From positions 62,001-126,000 of the forward strand of contig CDROCS010003470.1 of the NCBI GenBank assembly GCA_977020255.1: a stretch of DNA of 64,000 bases, in the 5' to 3' direction. Source of the stretch: Obrimoposthia wandeli. Taxonomy: Eukaryota. The notes beneath the pieces were generated by a model, which had not been told where the DNA came from, ran no database searches, and saw nothing but the letters and a program-made list of their open reading frames with translations. Numbering within the stretch: position 1 is the stretch's first letter; each line of letters starts with the position of its first letter. The position numbers were made by a program, and so were the translations under genes. Positions 24,387 to 38,150 of this stretch are shown in pieces.

Positions 24387-26619
24387 GTAGGCTTCATGCT
24401 TCCCAGTTCAAGAGTGTCATAGTAGTAACAAGATATTTCGTTTATGAAGATCTTCGACATCTATTATATTTTGTACGTTATACTGTCGACATTAAAGCCA
24501 TATGTCTGACTTCACGTCTGTGTACGATCCTCCAAATCCTCATCAATCAAAGTATCCCGTGTGGTGGAACTTTCACAAAAAAGTTCACAGCAAACATCAA
24601 AAGAATTGTCTCGTCTTTACACATACGCGGAATTTGTAGCCGGAACTGATAAGTACTATATTACTAAGAAATTAAAATCCATGAGGAACAATCAATGTCC
24701 CGAAAATTCCAAAATCTAAAAATGGATCCCAACTTTTCTTTTAAATGACACGGAATTCTTTTAAAGAAATTGCCAAAAGTAGTCGACCTTCTTTGATTAT
24801 TTTATTAGACTTCAGAAGATTCTTTATTGTGGTCGTACAGAAAATTTACAGATGCAGATCTCAATCATAACATTCTTAGTGCAATACTAGTTTACTCTGG
24901 AATTGTACTCTTATATGTAAAGAACCAATTTCAAAAACGACAAAATGAATGCAATACTAACTTTTGAACTGAAACCTTCAACTCTGTTTCTTTGTTGAGC
25001 TGCACACAACATTCACTTGGATTTCGTTGTCAATTTTCAATAATTGTAGAGCAAAAAAACAACAAAAACGAAGTTAAATCTGTAATATAAAAGTCGTAAA
25101 CTACGAAGATTAAATTCAAAATTTTCTTCGTCAAATCGTTCAAAAATCTCTCCCATTGCATCATTCACATTAACACAGTTGTCCAACAGCTAAAACTACC
25201 TATTTATATTATGAACCAAGTTAACTTTGGTAGTTGGTGATGAATCGAATAGGAACAAAATACAAATTATATACAGATTTTACCCCCTCCCCTTATTTAA
25301 ATGCCTTCGATAAACCATAAGCACACAAACACATGTTTGAATGCCGAGTAGCCGTCTCAGAACTGCTCAATTTGTTTTCCAGATTTCCGGCGACTAAGTG
25401 GAATGTGTTTTCAAATTGGTAGACACAACTCGTTTTATTATCGGGTACATCAATTGGTATTCGAAACTCTTACAAATACTTGGTTCCACTTGATTTAAGT
25501 ATTTTAATTATATTAATTTTAACAGACATAATATTAAAGTAAAATATAATAAAATACACACTGTATATTTTTAAAAAATATTCAAGGAAAAGTTTAAAGT
25601 CGGTATAGAGGGTTAAATATACTACCCTTAATTTTAGTGAGAGATAATAATTATGTTAAGGTCCAGAAATGGACGAGTTTGACTAAAATATTAAAATAAT
25701 TGGCTGTATTTATAGTCCTGGCCAATAAAAATTTGATAACCCTGAATATTTAAATTATTGAATAAGATAATGGGCCCCATTTGTGGAGATTGGATACTGA
25801 TTCGGCAGCCTTGAGTTTAATCCCTGTTTTGATGTAGCGTCGATGAAATTACGATTTATCCTTGCATGAAATAACTTCATATGGCTTTTTAAAACGTGGT
25901 TTATCTTTTACTCATTTTATTTCGCATAGATTCTGATTCTTCAGGTCAACTGCATCACCAAGCTTAATTTAAAAATAGGTTATTAAAATGAAATTACATC
26001 CAAAGTATTATTTCGACCTCAACGGCCTGCAACCAATTTAGAAGTTATGCTTTCACCGTCCTCGTGGAACAGCTCAACAATTTCTTCTTTCTCAATCGTT
26101 GATACAACAATATTATAAAGCAGTATCCTGCAATTTGTACATTTTACTTTTTTATATTTGATTTTTTTCCAGCAAAAAGTTTACAGTTTTCTAGATATGT
26201 TCTGCTCAAGACAAAAATTTAGTATCTGCGTTTATAATTATTTAAAATTTTCCAAGAATCATGCCTGAAAAGAAAATGAACTTTATACGCGTAAAAACAA
26301 ACTTACATGCTATTGATTTGTGAATGAAATTAAAAATAATTTTTGCAGAAAAAATAAAAAATATGTTTGGAGATGTTGTATAAAAAACTAAAATACTGGA
26401 CAATAAACTGTAGAATGAATATCATTCAAATTAAAAATGGTCATGTGAATTATTAAAAATAATAAATACAATTATTTTAAAGAATACTTAAAAGTATACT
26501 GAAAAACAAAAGATTTATGATAATTACAATAAAAAGTATACACGAAATATTCGAAGACTTCGATATAGTCATTAAATTATTAAAAAGATCAAAGACAAAT
26601 TTGTTTATTTATTAAAAAT

Positions 26620-27110
26620 CAAAAATTTTACAAACTGGAAAGTCATATCGATGTTCTTTGCAAACGAATCTGTGACGTTTACTACAACAGGTTTGAATCT
26701 CATTAAACTTAAATCGTTTTCTGTGGTTTAAATGTGAAATAGAGCAATATTGGCATTTGGATTTTGTGATCCGTTTGGGCAGAATTTGCTAAGCCGATAC
26801 TGGTATCTTTTCGTCCATATATTGTTAAACAAGTCAATTGGAGAGCCTGTCCGTAAACTGAACTCGTAAATAACTTTGATCTTTCATCTCTCATGGGTAA
26901 TCAGGACATTAAAAATATCTAAAATACTTTTTCCATTTAATATTTCCTCATGTTCTTGCAAATTGAAGACCTCCTTTAAAACTGGGCCGAAATCCTCTCT
27001 TGATAAAAAGGCTCTGTTGCCTAGAATTCACCTTGGTCAATTCCGAAAAAGACTGATAATTCTTATTTCTCTAATCTCATTGTGTTATCTAAACATTATA
27101 AAAATATTCA
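26620..27110 (-). mobile_element. piggyBac transposase C-terminal remnant
   Basis: VFFGIDQG (cf. VFFxxLD/N) followed by a Cys-rich tail KCQYCS...TCCSKRHRFVCKEH...VCK. Confidence 0.5.
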
Positions 27111-27245
27111 AACATTAATAATTTACGATTAAATGACAATTCCATTTCTTCTCATCTTCACTATGAACAGATGTCCTATCTTCACATTCTTTTATGAAAT
27201 CAGTTTGATACATTAATAGATAAATATTAATATCCTTAATTTATA

Positions 27246-28430
27246 TTGCGTTGAGGCATAATTAACAACTGTTTTCCAATCTTCAAATATTTCAAATTTA
27301 TCAATTTCTTTCACTTTTTTTTAAAATAATATTCATTACTATTTTGTTAATAAGAATGCGTATCGATGAGCATTTTCATACTCGTCATATCATGAAACGA
27401 TGAAGTGCATCACAGTCATATCGCGATCTTAGGAAACTCTAAAGTGAAGGAGAAATTGTTGAAAGACAAGTCCGAAGAGATGATTCAAGGGTTTCAAATC
27501 CGGCAACACAAAATAAAAGATGAGGAAAGAAGTCAATCGTCTGATTTTGATGATCAAGCTCTTTTGATAGAAGAAGATGAAGGTTTGATGACACATATGT
27601 TGTCTGAACAATTCGATATCAACCGGTCTACAATTGTTAGGTGACTTAAAAAGAATGTAAAATTTTGTAAATTGACTGGATATGTTTCTCTGTATCTCTC
27701 CGACGTTGTCAAAACAAACCCAGTCCGAATCTTTAATCTTTTTTATTCAAAATCCTATGATTAATCATGTCTAGTCTCCAAGAATGTCATAAAACGTGTC
27801 CGTTGATCTTGGCCAAACTCCAAAGAGAATTCCAAAATATATCCATTGCCAAAAGACCACATGCTGTTTTTGGTTAACCGCTCTGAAATTTACGCCAAAG
27901 TTTCTGTTATGGTAGGATGAAAACGAAGTGAAGCAGGAATTATCTTTACTTGAACGTCATGGGAAGAAAGCAACAAATCATTAACATCAACTGCACTCGA
28001 TTTCTTGGAAGTCGTTAATAAAGTCAAACTTACTCCAAAACACACCTGGTTTTGTTACCATGACAACACCAAGCTACATGTCGAACATCAAGTAATTCGA
28101 TAAATAAATGACGAATGATGGAAACTGTTTGAGCCCTCCTTATTCTTCCACTGAAGCTCCTACAGACTCGCATCAATTGTTTGATCAAAAATTGGCAAAT
28201 GGGCAAAATGTACGATGATTTTGTCACTGATGTTAAAGTTTGGATTGCATCCAAGGATCATGACTCTTTTGCACATAATATTGATCGTGGGAAGCAGTTA
28301 TTGAAGTAGGTGTCGATTAAACTCTAGGATAATCATTAAACAAATATTTTGAGTGTATAATTGTGTTACAATGGTGAAAATGATTAATAAAATAATAATA
28401 AAAACGGTCGTTAATTATGCATCAACCCAA
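27246..28430 (+). mobile_element. Near full-length decayed mariner element with TIRs and TA target duplication
   Basis: Left TIR TTGCGTTGAGGCATAATTAACAACTGTTTT vs right TIR (reverse complement) TTGGGTTGATGCATAATTAACGACCGTTTT, TA on both sides. Internal YHDNTKLH and SPPYSSTEAPTD motifs. Confidence 0.9.
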
Positions 28431-29637
28431 TAATAAAACAAATGTACTTTAATAGAAGTTTCAAGAGAAGAACAGTCAACTTAATAGTAGCATAATTAAC
28501 CCAGAGTGATTTCAACCCACTGCACCTGTTTACTCGGGAAAGTTTTTACTTTTAATATTACATAAGACACTATTTTTATAAGCAAGTTTGATTAAAATTA
28601 AGTTTCAGTTTTTAATATTTTCTAGAAAATATCAAGTGGGTTACACAATAATAGAAATGAATCAAAATAAACAAACTTAGAGAGTAAAAAGAATACAGAT
28701 ATATAGTATTTTGAAAAACTATAAGTTATTTGTTTTTTTTAACTAAGTATTTCTAAAATTATTTGGTGAAAATAAGTTAATTCCTAAGTATTTCAGCATT
28801 GTTGTAACAAAACGTGAATTTTTCGGTATTACCTTCATTAATTTTGTTTACATTCAAACTTTTCATGAAATATATTATCTTTAGCTATTTTTTTAAAATT
28901 AAGTTAGGTTCTATTGGTTTAGGTCTGTAGTTTTTTTTCGGGTTTTGTTTGATAACTGAGCGAAAATATTTTAATTAACGCAGTTTTCCGATCATTTTTT
29001 ACTATCACTGCCTTCAAATATTTCGGTTGTTCAAATTGTTTCGACAACAGCAATAATTGACTTTATTTATAGTTTAAAACATTTTAGTTTTAATGTTAAT
29101 AATAATCATTGGTTTTTATCGAAAAGAGAGTAGTGTAAAGTGTACTTTCTCAAAACAGAGAACAAGTTCCATCTTCCACAGCCGATTCAATAAAACATGT
29201 AATGTTGACAGAAAATGCAAACTAGTTATGTAAAGTAAAATAAATTAATAAAATTTTTAAGAATATTTTTGCGAGATGCATTTTTCAACAGTCTTTGACT
29301 GAAATTTTTTTTTAATCAGTTTACATGATTTTTATATTTGTGTAACTCACTTTCTAATCTCTGCCAAAACTTGAAAATTTAAACTTAAGTTAAACATACA
29401 TATATTACTTATGCACAAATGTAGTAAATTGAGAATAAGTAATATAAAAATAAATCTACATTTACAGACTGGCCGAGATGTTTCTGATCTGTTCCTACTC
29501 TTCTTTTTCATAGCTCATTACATTCCTGACTCAAAGTTGAAATCGAATTAATGAAAGTTTCCATCAGAAAAGCCTACATTGAAATTGCAACGCAGCCTTT
29601 TTCTAATCGGCAAGAAATATTAATGTTGGATTTAACT

Positions 29638-29964
29638 CAGTGTTTCCCAATCTTTTTTTAATAACGACACACTTTTTTTTTTCGCTTAATGTCGCGACAC
29701 ATCAAATTTAAAATTTTAAGAAACTAAACCAGTTACAAATGGATATAAATGCTAAATAAATAAAAAATGGATTATTAAATAATTCGTCACTTTATTATTC
29801 GCTTTAATAATATTTGTAACAAAATCGATAAAGTTTTACAGTTTCCATAATTCGAAAATAATTCCAAATTTGAAATCATATAGCAATTTAAAAATTTTCG
29901 CGACACACTTATATATGCTTGGCGACACACTAGTGTGTCACGACGCATAGATTGGGAATCACTG
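29638..29964. mobile_element. hAT-Charlie-type MITE (327 bp) with perfect 8-bp TSD
   Basis: TIRs CAGTGTTTCCCAATCT / AGATTGGGAATCACTG; TSD ATTTAACT at 29630-29637 and 29965-29972; subterminal CGACACA repeats. Confidence 0.95.
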
Positions 29965-30089
29965 ATTTAACTGATAAATATTTAAAGTTGAATTATAAAA
30001 GAATTATTAATAGAATACATAAACAGATAAAAGATAAAGACTAGAAACGTTGTGATATATTTATGAGACGTGCTTCTGCTCTCTATCTT

Positions 30090-30290
30090 CTTCAAAAATA
30101 TATGAAGTTGGCTGCACATTGGTTCCTCATGCACCATTTAGCCCAAATATGACTTCAGGTGATTTTTGAATATTTCACTGTCTCATGAAGAGGAAGTTGA
30201 ACTAAAACAAACAGCTAAGAAGTTATTTGACTACTATGGTCCAGAATTCGTCAAAAATACATTTTCTGATTAAGTGATTCGCTGGAAATA
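30090..30290 (+). mobile_element. mariner transposase 3' fragment
   Basis: Degenerate PHAP..PNMTSGDF (cf. HPPYSPDLAPSDF) followed by typical C-terminal helices. Confidence 0.5.
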
Positions 30291-32089
30291 TGAGTTAATA
30301 ATTTTTATTTTAATCTTTTCAATTTTCTGCAATCGGGAAAAAATAGAAATAATTTTATTCATTTAAAATAATAATCTTTGTTATTTAAAACCATTTACAT
30401 CGGATTATTTTCATTTTAACACTTCACTTAATTATAGTCAATTTATTCCAGTTAAAGTTGTCATAAATACCTTCAGTTAGATTTGAAACAACAACCTATA
30501 TATCTAGCAGCAATCATATTCGAATGTTCCTTTAACAAATGAGGTCATCCTAGATTTATGATAGTACCTGATAACAGGGAATGTCTCTGTTCAGTAATGA
30601 ATCACGTCATCGGTATTTGTGGTTGATTATACGGTGTAGAGTGGTGTATATATTGAATAACACATCTTGCCGATTTGGGGACTGCATTCATACAAAACAA
30701 CGGCGCGGGCATACATTAATTTGGCATAATCACTTAAGCCGATGTCAACTTCTTGGCGATGGGAATTCCCCTTCATTTCCATAGTTGACTCTCGTTGTTA
30801 GAGAGTTGTCGCTAGAAGCCTTTCATGCTTATTCATTGTGGTTTTTTCAAGCAATGCTTTTATTCTCTTAACCAGAGGTTTTTTTGTCGTTAAATATGCA
30901 TTTTTATTTCTTGTGGAAATTTTTGAAGCCCTTTTTAGCCGTTTATTTGACAATTACAGTACACATACATCGGTGTATAATTATATAGCCCAACTAAATG
31001 TATACTAGGTAATTATCTGACATTAATTGAAAGCTAAGATTTCACGAATATATCACCATTAAAAACTTTTTATGTTAAATAATTTTGTTTAAATAATCCG
31101 GTACATAATTATAATTTTATCCCTATTGATGATAACATAATAGTGTATTTTATAAAAACATCATGAATTAAGTTTAACTCTTTTCTCAAGTTTGAAACTT
31201 CAGAAAAAACCGAATCTTTTAGGGAAAATAAAAGATCAATTTTAATATTCCAGCAATATAATGCATATTGCCGTGTGGTAATATTTTATTAAATTTACAA
31301 TAAGAATAATGTATTTCTGTTTAGAAGACTGGTTCAATAAAAAATATCGGAATTATGGACTGGCCAGAACAATCTTCAGTTTTAAATAAAGCTGAAAATA
31401 TTTGAAAAGTTTAATCCAAAGATCAACGAATATGAAATTTTTGATGGGATGAAATCAGAAATATTCAAAGCATAATAGAGTATAAGGTCTAATTTTCTAA
31501 ATTCCTTGGCTAACTGGATGAAAGACAGTTTTTTTAAACGTTGTCATATCTAGTTGTCATGTTTTAGGTTACTAATTGTAATTTGACATTTTATTATTTG
31601 ATGATATAATTATGCACCAGTAGATTTAACCTAAATTATTATAAAAAATTGAAGAACTATATCCAAACCCATTCAATCACCTTCAATCATATAAAATAAA
31701 AGTAGTGAAACATTCTGTTTGTAATTTTTTTTCAATAACATAAAGAAAACGAAAATTAAGCATAAAATCAGCATAATGATTTCGTTACTAAAATATGAAA
31801 ACAGCAAAACTAGTATATAATTTTGCATTGGCAATCTTCAGAATGACAACATATATTAATTGTGATCAAAGCGCTTTTATCAAAGGGGCTGTCATTTAAT
31901 AATAGACCATATTTCTCCGCGTATTTCTACCTCACTTTTTTCACGTACGATCCCAGCTTATATTTAAAAAATTACCCATATGAAGATGGCCTCACCTCAA
32001 TTCTTCAGCCTTTCTATGTTTGCCTAAGTAAGCTCTTCAAGGTGCAAGGATACAAAAGTGGAACGAGTGGATACTAAAAAAACAACATA

Positions 32090-33400
32090 CTCGGAGCTTT
32101 CAAGTTTTTCTTTGAAGCACGGTGAAACCTCCATCCAGTATGTTGTATCAGCAACACACAGACGACAATCTGATGTGGGAAGATGAAATCGACAAGAAAG
32201 GCAATTATGACAACAAAGAAGACAACCACAACTCCCACGACGATGCTCTGACAGCCGAGGAGATGTCCACTATGCAACTTGAGTATGCCAATTATTCCAG
32301 GGAATACGGCTAATAGTTTTAAAAGTTGTCCTTAATTTTTTAAAACGATTTTTGAATCTAAATTTTACACTGATTTCAAATATCTTAACCAGATTTCATT
32401 ATTTACTTCATCCAAACACATTTGAATTAAATTTAGCCCAATTCAAATAAATTATCCAATTTTAAATGTGAGTTCATTAAAACAAATTCAACAAAATATT
32501 ATTTACAAGTAAAAACTATAATATTCTGATTCGTTAGATTTATGGCTCTAATGCAAAATGGCTCAAATGATACGAGTAGTAAACAATCATCAAAGCAAGA
32601 AGGGAAATTATCATTTTTTTCATTAGCAGTTTGAAATTTTATAGATTTAATGAAGAACGTACAGAAGGAATGGCTAACAATTTTTTCAATACTGCCGGCC
32701 AAGAAGAGAGACTGCACAATGAAGCCAGTGGAGCGGATTCAGATTGTGTTGGGATATGAAGTGGATACATGGGATAAATTTGGAGTTTCAGAAGAAGTAT
32801 GTGTGCACCATAGCACGATAAAGCAAGAAATTTACGTCAATTGTGCAAAAGCGGAAACGTGGATTCACTTAATGTTCATACAGACAAACTCGCTGACTAC
32901 GGGGATGAGTAAATAAACCAAAATATTATCCATTCATAAATGTACAGGCGACTGTAATCAGAAGATTGTGTTGACTTGCCATTTCCTGGAACTGTTCATG
33001 ATAGTCGAGGGTTGAAGAATTCAGACTTGTACCGATATTTTACGACATTGCAAACCACATCTACCATATTGAATAATGCAGTTTATGGTGAATATACTTT
33101 TTTTGTAATGAAACATTAAAAAAAGCTCAGGATTCTGTTCAAATAAATCACTATAAGATTCATACGAATGAACTGTCATTTGGTCAATTAAAGTAACAAT
33201 TTCTAGCAATACGGTTATTCAAGCGTTTTTTTTATTTTGCACAATATGACCATACATTTTAATGAAGAAGAACAAATTGACTAATTTGGTAATAAGGAAC
33301 AAAGGTTTGAAATTGATATTTTAAACAACGGGTTTACGATATTACATGTACAAGGTTTGCGTCAAAGGAACGAGTTTGCTGATACTTTGATTAACCAATG
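32090..33400 (+). mobile_element. PIF/Harbinger (HARBI1-like) transposase pseudogene
   Basis: ERIQIVLGY...DKFGVSE; VDSLNVHTDKLADYGDE*INQ; INVQAT; FPGTVHDSRGLKNSDLY (cf. WPGSVHDSR); FGQLK; ILHN. The acidic ORF 32122..32313 may be its N-terminus. Confidence 0.75.
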
Positions 33401-34505
33401 GAACTTACAGACTTTCATAATTACAATCAGATATATGCATAGTATTGCATGCACATGTACTTATACATTCATATAAATATGCTCAAATATCACTGTTATG
33501 TACAAACTTAGTGTGTTTTATCATGTTTGTAATTCTTAATAAAAGTTTCTGTTGTTGTTTTTAACCGTACTTCTTGATAAAAATAAATAAAATTATGTAT
33601 TGATTACGTATTCGAAATTCAAGCTGCTAATAAGTATGTAGATGGACCCACTTTATAAATGTGACATTTATTAAGATAACTAATATAAAAAGGTAAGTAT
33701 AAACACAGATAGACACAGATAGAAAATACAACAACCATGTCCGTTTATCGTACTAGCTAAATATGTGTATAGATTTTCAATGGGATCTCTGTAAAGTTTC
33801 AATCAAAAGTCAGTATGGTGTTTAGCACATGTATTTTTTCAAACATTATTGATTTTACATTAAAAATAGTTATATATAAAAATATAATATACTTTAAACT
33901 ATGTTTTTTAAAAATAGTATTGAGTATAGATGCAGAGGTTTTTCAAATTAGAACTGATCAAAAACTATTCTTACCACAGTGTATTTTCATATGTCAGCTG
34001 TGATATTTTAGTTATTTTCGATCTGAAATTTTCCCAATTAATACATTAGTCTAATTTTTCAGCTAGCATTTCGATATAGTTAGAGGAGGTGATGGTAGAA
34101 ATCGCGCTCATCAGAATAGCGCAACGACCACACTGTTCGTGGATGATAGATGAAGTACTACTGTACAATGTTTAGTAATATTATTATATTTCACTAACTG
34201 ATAAATTCCTAATACCAAAATCCACCAATGAGAATAGAGCATATTTTTAATTCTCACAACACAATTACAGAAGTTAAATCTCGAAAAAGATTGGAAAGAT
34301 TATCCAGCACAGTCTTCAACTGAAAGAAGTAAAGCCAATTTGATCTCCACAAGAGACTATCTATACAAATTGAAAACCGGAAATCGAAAGATCTATATTT
34401 ATTCCCTGTCGTTTTCTCTCTTTCTCTCTTTTCATTGGAATCGAGAACTGGGATTTATCACTTGTGGCTGCCACTGTCTGATCTGCTGCATCTTATCGGA
34501 TGTAG

Positions 34506-34663
34506 AGTAGCAACCCAGACTGCCGGATCCAGTTAGTCATGGAGGGCATCATCCGCGATGCCGTTAGGAGCAACAACAAGTCGATGAAGGAGCATGGTAG
34601 AGGCGCGGAGAAGTACTCCAAGATCAATCCAAGACTTTCCATCGATGATACCTTCGCAGACAG
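34506..34663 (+). CDS. Isolated coding exon of an unidentified gene
   Basis: TAG| acceptor (alternative start at 34511) and CAG|GTAAGG donor. Single open plus frame SSNPDCRIQLVMEGIIRDAVRSNNKSMKEHGRGAEKYSKINPRLSIDDTFAD. GC3 37/52, matching the NFXL1 exon. Confidence 0.65.
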
Positions 34664-35599
34664 GTAAGGAGATCTTCGGGGTGTAACTAGAAGACTCTTT
34701 CGTCATAATAGAGGCTTAATTTAAGTCAGCAACAAACAGACATTTTTTAGACGATAGGAATGTTAAACTATGCTTAACTTAGATACTCAGTTATTATAAA
34801 CGTATCTGAATCAAACAATATCAGAGTATTTACGACTGATTTGGCCTATAGTGTAAAACTATAAAGCTTGACCATCAATTGAAGATGGTAACGAAAATAT
34901 ACATAATAATTACATAATTCTACAATTTAATAGACTGAAACATTTTATGTTTATACTTTTTTGATTAATATTGATTTCGAATCTATCGGTTGTGAAATTT
35001 TGCTAATTAACTGGTATTTTGAAGATTAAAGGAAAATAATTAATTATTAAACTTTATACACACAGTCAAATCGTTAACTACCGATATAAAGCTGAATATC
35101 AATGAAGCTATAAAAATATGGTTAAATGAAGGAATTTGATCTAGCGTAGTTTTATGCGTTATGATCGGTTCACTCATCTTAATTCTCATCTGTTCACTAG
35201 TCTGCTTGCCTTAATAATTATTTTTCATTATTTTAATATGACGAAGCTGCAGCTACATTCTTTTATTTAATATGTTTTTGAAATTAGCATAAGTGATTTA
35301 TTAATTAGCGATATTATTATCTTATATTTAAGCTTTTATAATTTATTAACATATAAAATGTTTAAACTATTAATAGTTGTAACCTATTACAACAAATTTT
35401 CAATATATCCTCGATATTAACATTTGTTTAATTGCTTTCTCTTTAAATTTAGCAAGACATGTAGAGAAAATCATTTTCAGCATTAAAATATAAGTATATA
35501 TTTTGCATGATGATGACCATTTTCAATTATCTTTTCAAATGTCTATGTTCATATGATATTTCTAAAAACTTGTAAATATTATTTTCACAGATACCCCCA

Positions 35600-36805
35600 A
35601 TACTGGATAATTATCTAAAGATATATGAAAAGCCAACAGATTCACCAGACAAAAAAAGTCAACCAAAGAAAAATTAAAGGTGCAACAGACTATAAAGAGG
35701 ATTATCTGAAATTCAGTTTCGTGTCATCCAATAATTCTCCTCATTGTGAGCTTCAATGGATCATATGCCCTAAAAGGTGGTCAAATTAAGCAATACAATT
35801 GCTGAGTCACTCATTTACCATCTTGTGAGGAAATTGTCAAAACTAACCCTGGAATCAAGACTGTGAAAGAAATTGAAAAGTAACTCTTTCGAATAATACA
35901 ATCGCAGAACGACCATTAATTCAAAGAATTTGTGAATTAAAAAAAACACTACATATTAATGAATGTACGGTCGTTAGCAACTGTTGTCTTTTAATTGCAC
36001 TTGTTCGAATTTCTGAAAATAAATTCTTGAAAAAGCATTAAAAGCTTTAAATTTATTCTGCAAAGAACTTCAAAAAGAGACAGCTCGAATTCTAAAACTT
36101 GTAGAACAACATCTACGCAAGCTCAAGGAAAAGCTTCTTCATGACTTCGAATTAACGGAGACAAAGAAGTTTGATTGGGTGGGAAATCCATTTAGATCTT
36201 TATCAGAGCACTTTGCATTTGATTTAGCAATGAAAGAAAATGGAAGAGCTCTGGACTTTAAAAATGATCGCACGTTTGAAGTTGAGTTTAAAGATATTCC
36301 ATTAACTCAGTTTTGGTCAGTGATAGAAAAGACGTTTCCATCTATCGGAGAAATAACTATAAAGATTCTTTTACCATTTGCTACAATATATCTATAAAAA
36401 TCTCGATCATGAATAACATGTAAATATTTTGACCATAGGCTCTAATATAAAAAGCTGTGTTCGCAGAAGCAAGCTCAAGTATCTCACTAAAATGAGAAGG
36501 TACTATAAGTATTACTTGATGTGAGTTTTTTTGTATTTCAGATTGAATTAATGTTGATGCTAAAAAATGTTTTTTTATAAAATAAACTGTACATTTTACA
36601 AAGTCAGCAATCTTTTTGTGCATATTCAAGCTTACTTTTGTATACATAATAATTATATAAAATAAATGTCTTAAAATTGTTGTTCTTATTTATTATAACC
36701 TGAGTTTAAAAATGTAATGTTAAAAGAAAACTGTTTCTTCTGTGAGCCGTGAAAGTATTCATATTTGAAAAGTGTGCTGTGGCATGAAAAGATTGGGAAA
36801 CACTG
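35600..36805 (+). mobile_element. hAT-Charlie (ZBED5/SCAND3-like) internally deleted transposase with right TIR
   Basis: TIAESLI..EEIVK; EIEK..SNNTI; WVGNPF...DRTFEVEFKDIPLTQFW...ILLPFATIYL; terminus AAGATTGGGAAACACTG ending at 36805. Confidence 0.8.
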
Positions 36806-37829
36806 CCTTAGAGATATTTGAAATATTAAATTTTTCAAAAATATACACTAAAACATACACTATCAGATTTCTTTCAGGAAGTGAACTGGTATTCAACGTA
36901 GTTTGAGACTCATTTTTTGCTTTATTCTTCTATATAAAAATGAACAGGGATTACGTAAATTATCTGACCCATATATTCTAGAAAACAAACAGCATAAGTA
37001 TCACAAAAATAAATCAAAAAGATAAGGGTTATAAACTTTACTTTTATTTCAAATTATTCAAACAATTTCTTTTGTTTTTTCAAATATTGTTATTTTAATT
37101 TTAAAAGTTCAATATTTGAGAGAAAAAATCTTCAAAATATTTTTGATTTTTCTTTGTAGCAAATATAACTTCCACTTTTTCCTTTAACGAAATAGCTTAT
37201 TTTTTGTCTAATTTGTCTACATTTTGAGATATTAACAAGGACAGAAACACATTTTATACACAAAAAATTAATTATTAGGTACGATCTGCAACGAAAACAT
37301 GAAATAGTTGTATTGGTTTCTAATAGATTTTATTGTTGCAAACGTGAGCCAAAACAGATTCAAATTTCTGATTCTAACTTTTTATTAAAGTTTTACTATA
37401 ACTTCTGCCTTTGTTAATATTTATTCGTAATGACATTATCCACATCTGATATAGAAATTTTAGAAATTACAGTGATAATTTAATTAAATAAGGATATAAA
37501 TATTGCAAGTAACGTTTAGTAGAGAAATCAAAATTAAAATATTTTTTGTACATAATAAAGTATTTAACGAATTTTAACCTAGATGCAAAACAATATCTAA
37601 AAAATTATTTTTATTTGTGGGAAAAATTATATTGCGCTGTGTTATTTCTGTAGTTGTAAATCTTTATTGCTTTTCTATAAATATCATGGTTAAAGAAAAC
37701 TTTGCAATTGTTTTATGGTGTTTTGCGTCAATTCATGGTATCGTTTCATTATATTCCAAATCTATTTAGGTATTACTTTAGTTTGAGGTATAAAGCATCA
37801 AATCCTACTTGATTCTCGAGTTTCTGCTG

Positions 37830-38150
37830 GAGTTTATTGTATTGTTGAGTATGAGTTATTTTTGTAAATATTGTAAATATCTAAATCTCGGAGTAAATTG
37901 GTTGGCTTCAAGGAGTTGACTAGACTGTGATATTTCTCGTATTGATGCAAATTAAGCGACACGCTATATTGGGCCATTCTTTTAAATTTCAGCTTCAGAG
38001 ACACACTTCCTTTCACACAGTTTTTACAATAAATCCGTGAACTGTTGGTTGGCTTAATTATGTTCAGAACCAGAACAATATCTAATTGTCTTTGATGCTC
38101 GGATTTTTTTTATAGCTCTTTGTAGCAACCATAAACGGAAGTAAATATAT
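37830..38150 (-). mobile_element. Possible Penelope-like RT thumb remnant
   Basis: LDIVL...KPTNSSRIY...LLRDLDIYNIYKNNSY (cf. FLD...KPTNTxRY...EL..I...NGY). Confidence 0.4.

Noticed and set aside
24153-24649. ORFs 24153..24350 (-) and 24299..24649 (+)
   Set aside because: Shadows of the GC-rich NFXL1-like exon.
30560-30790. Helitron Rep-like fragment
   Set aside because: Only scattered residue resemblance and no diagnostic HUH motif.
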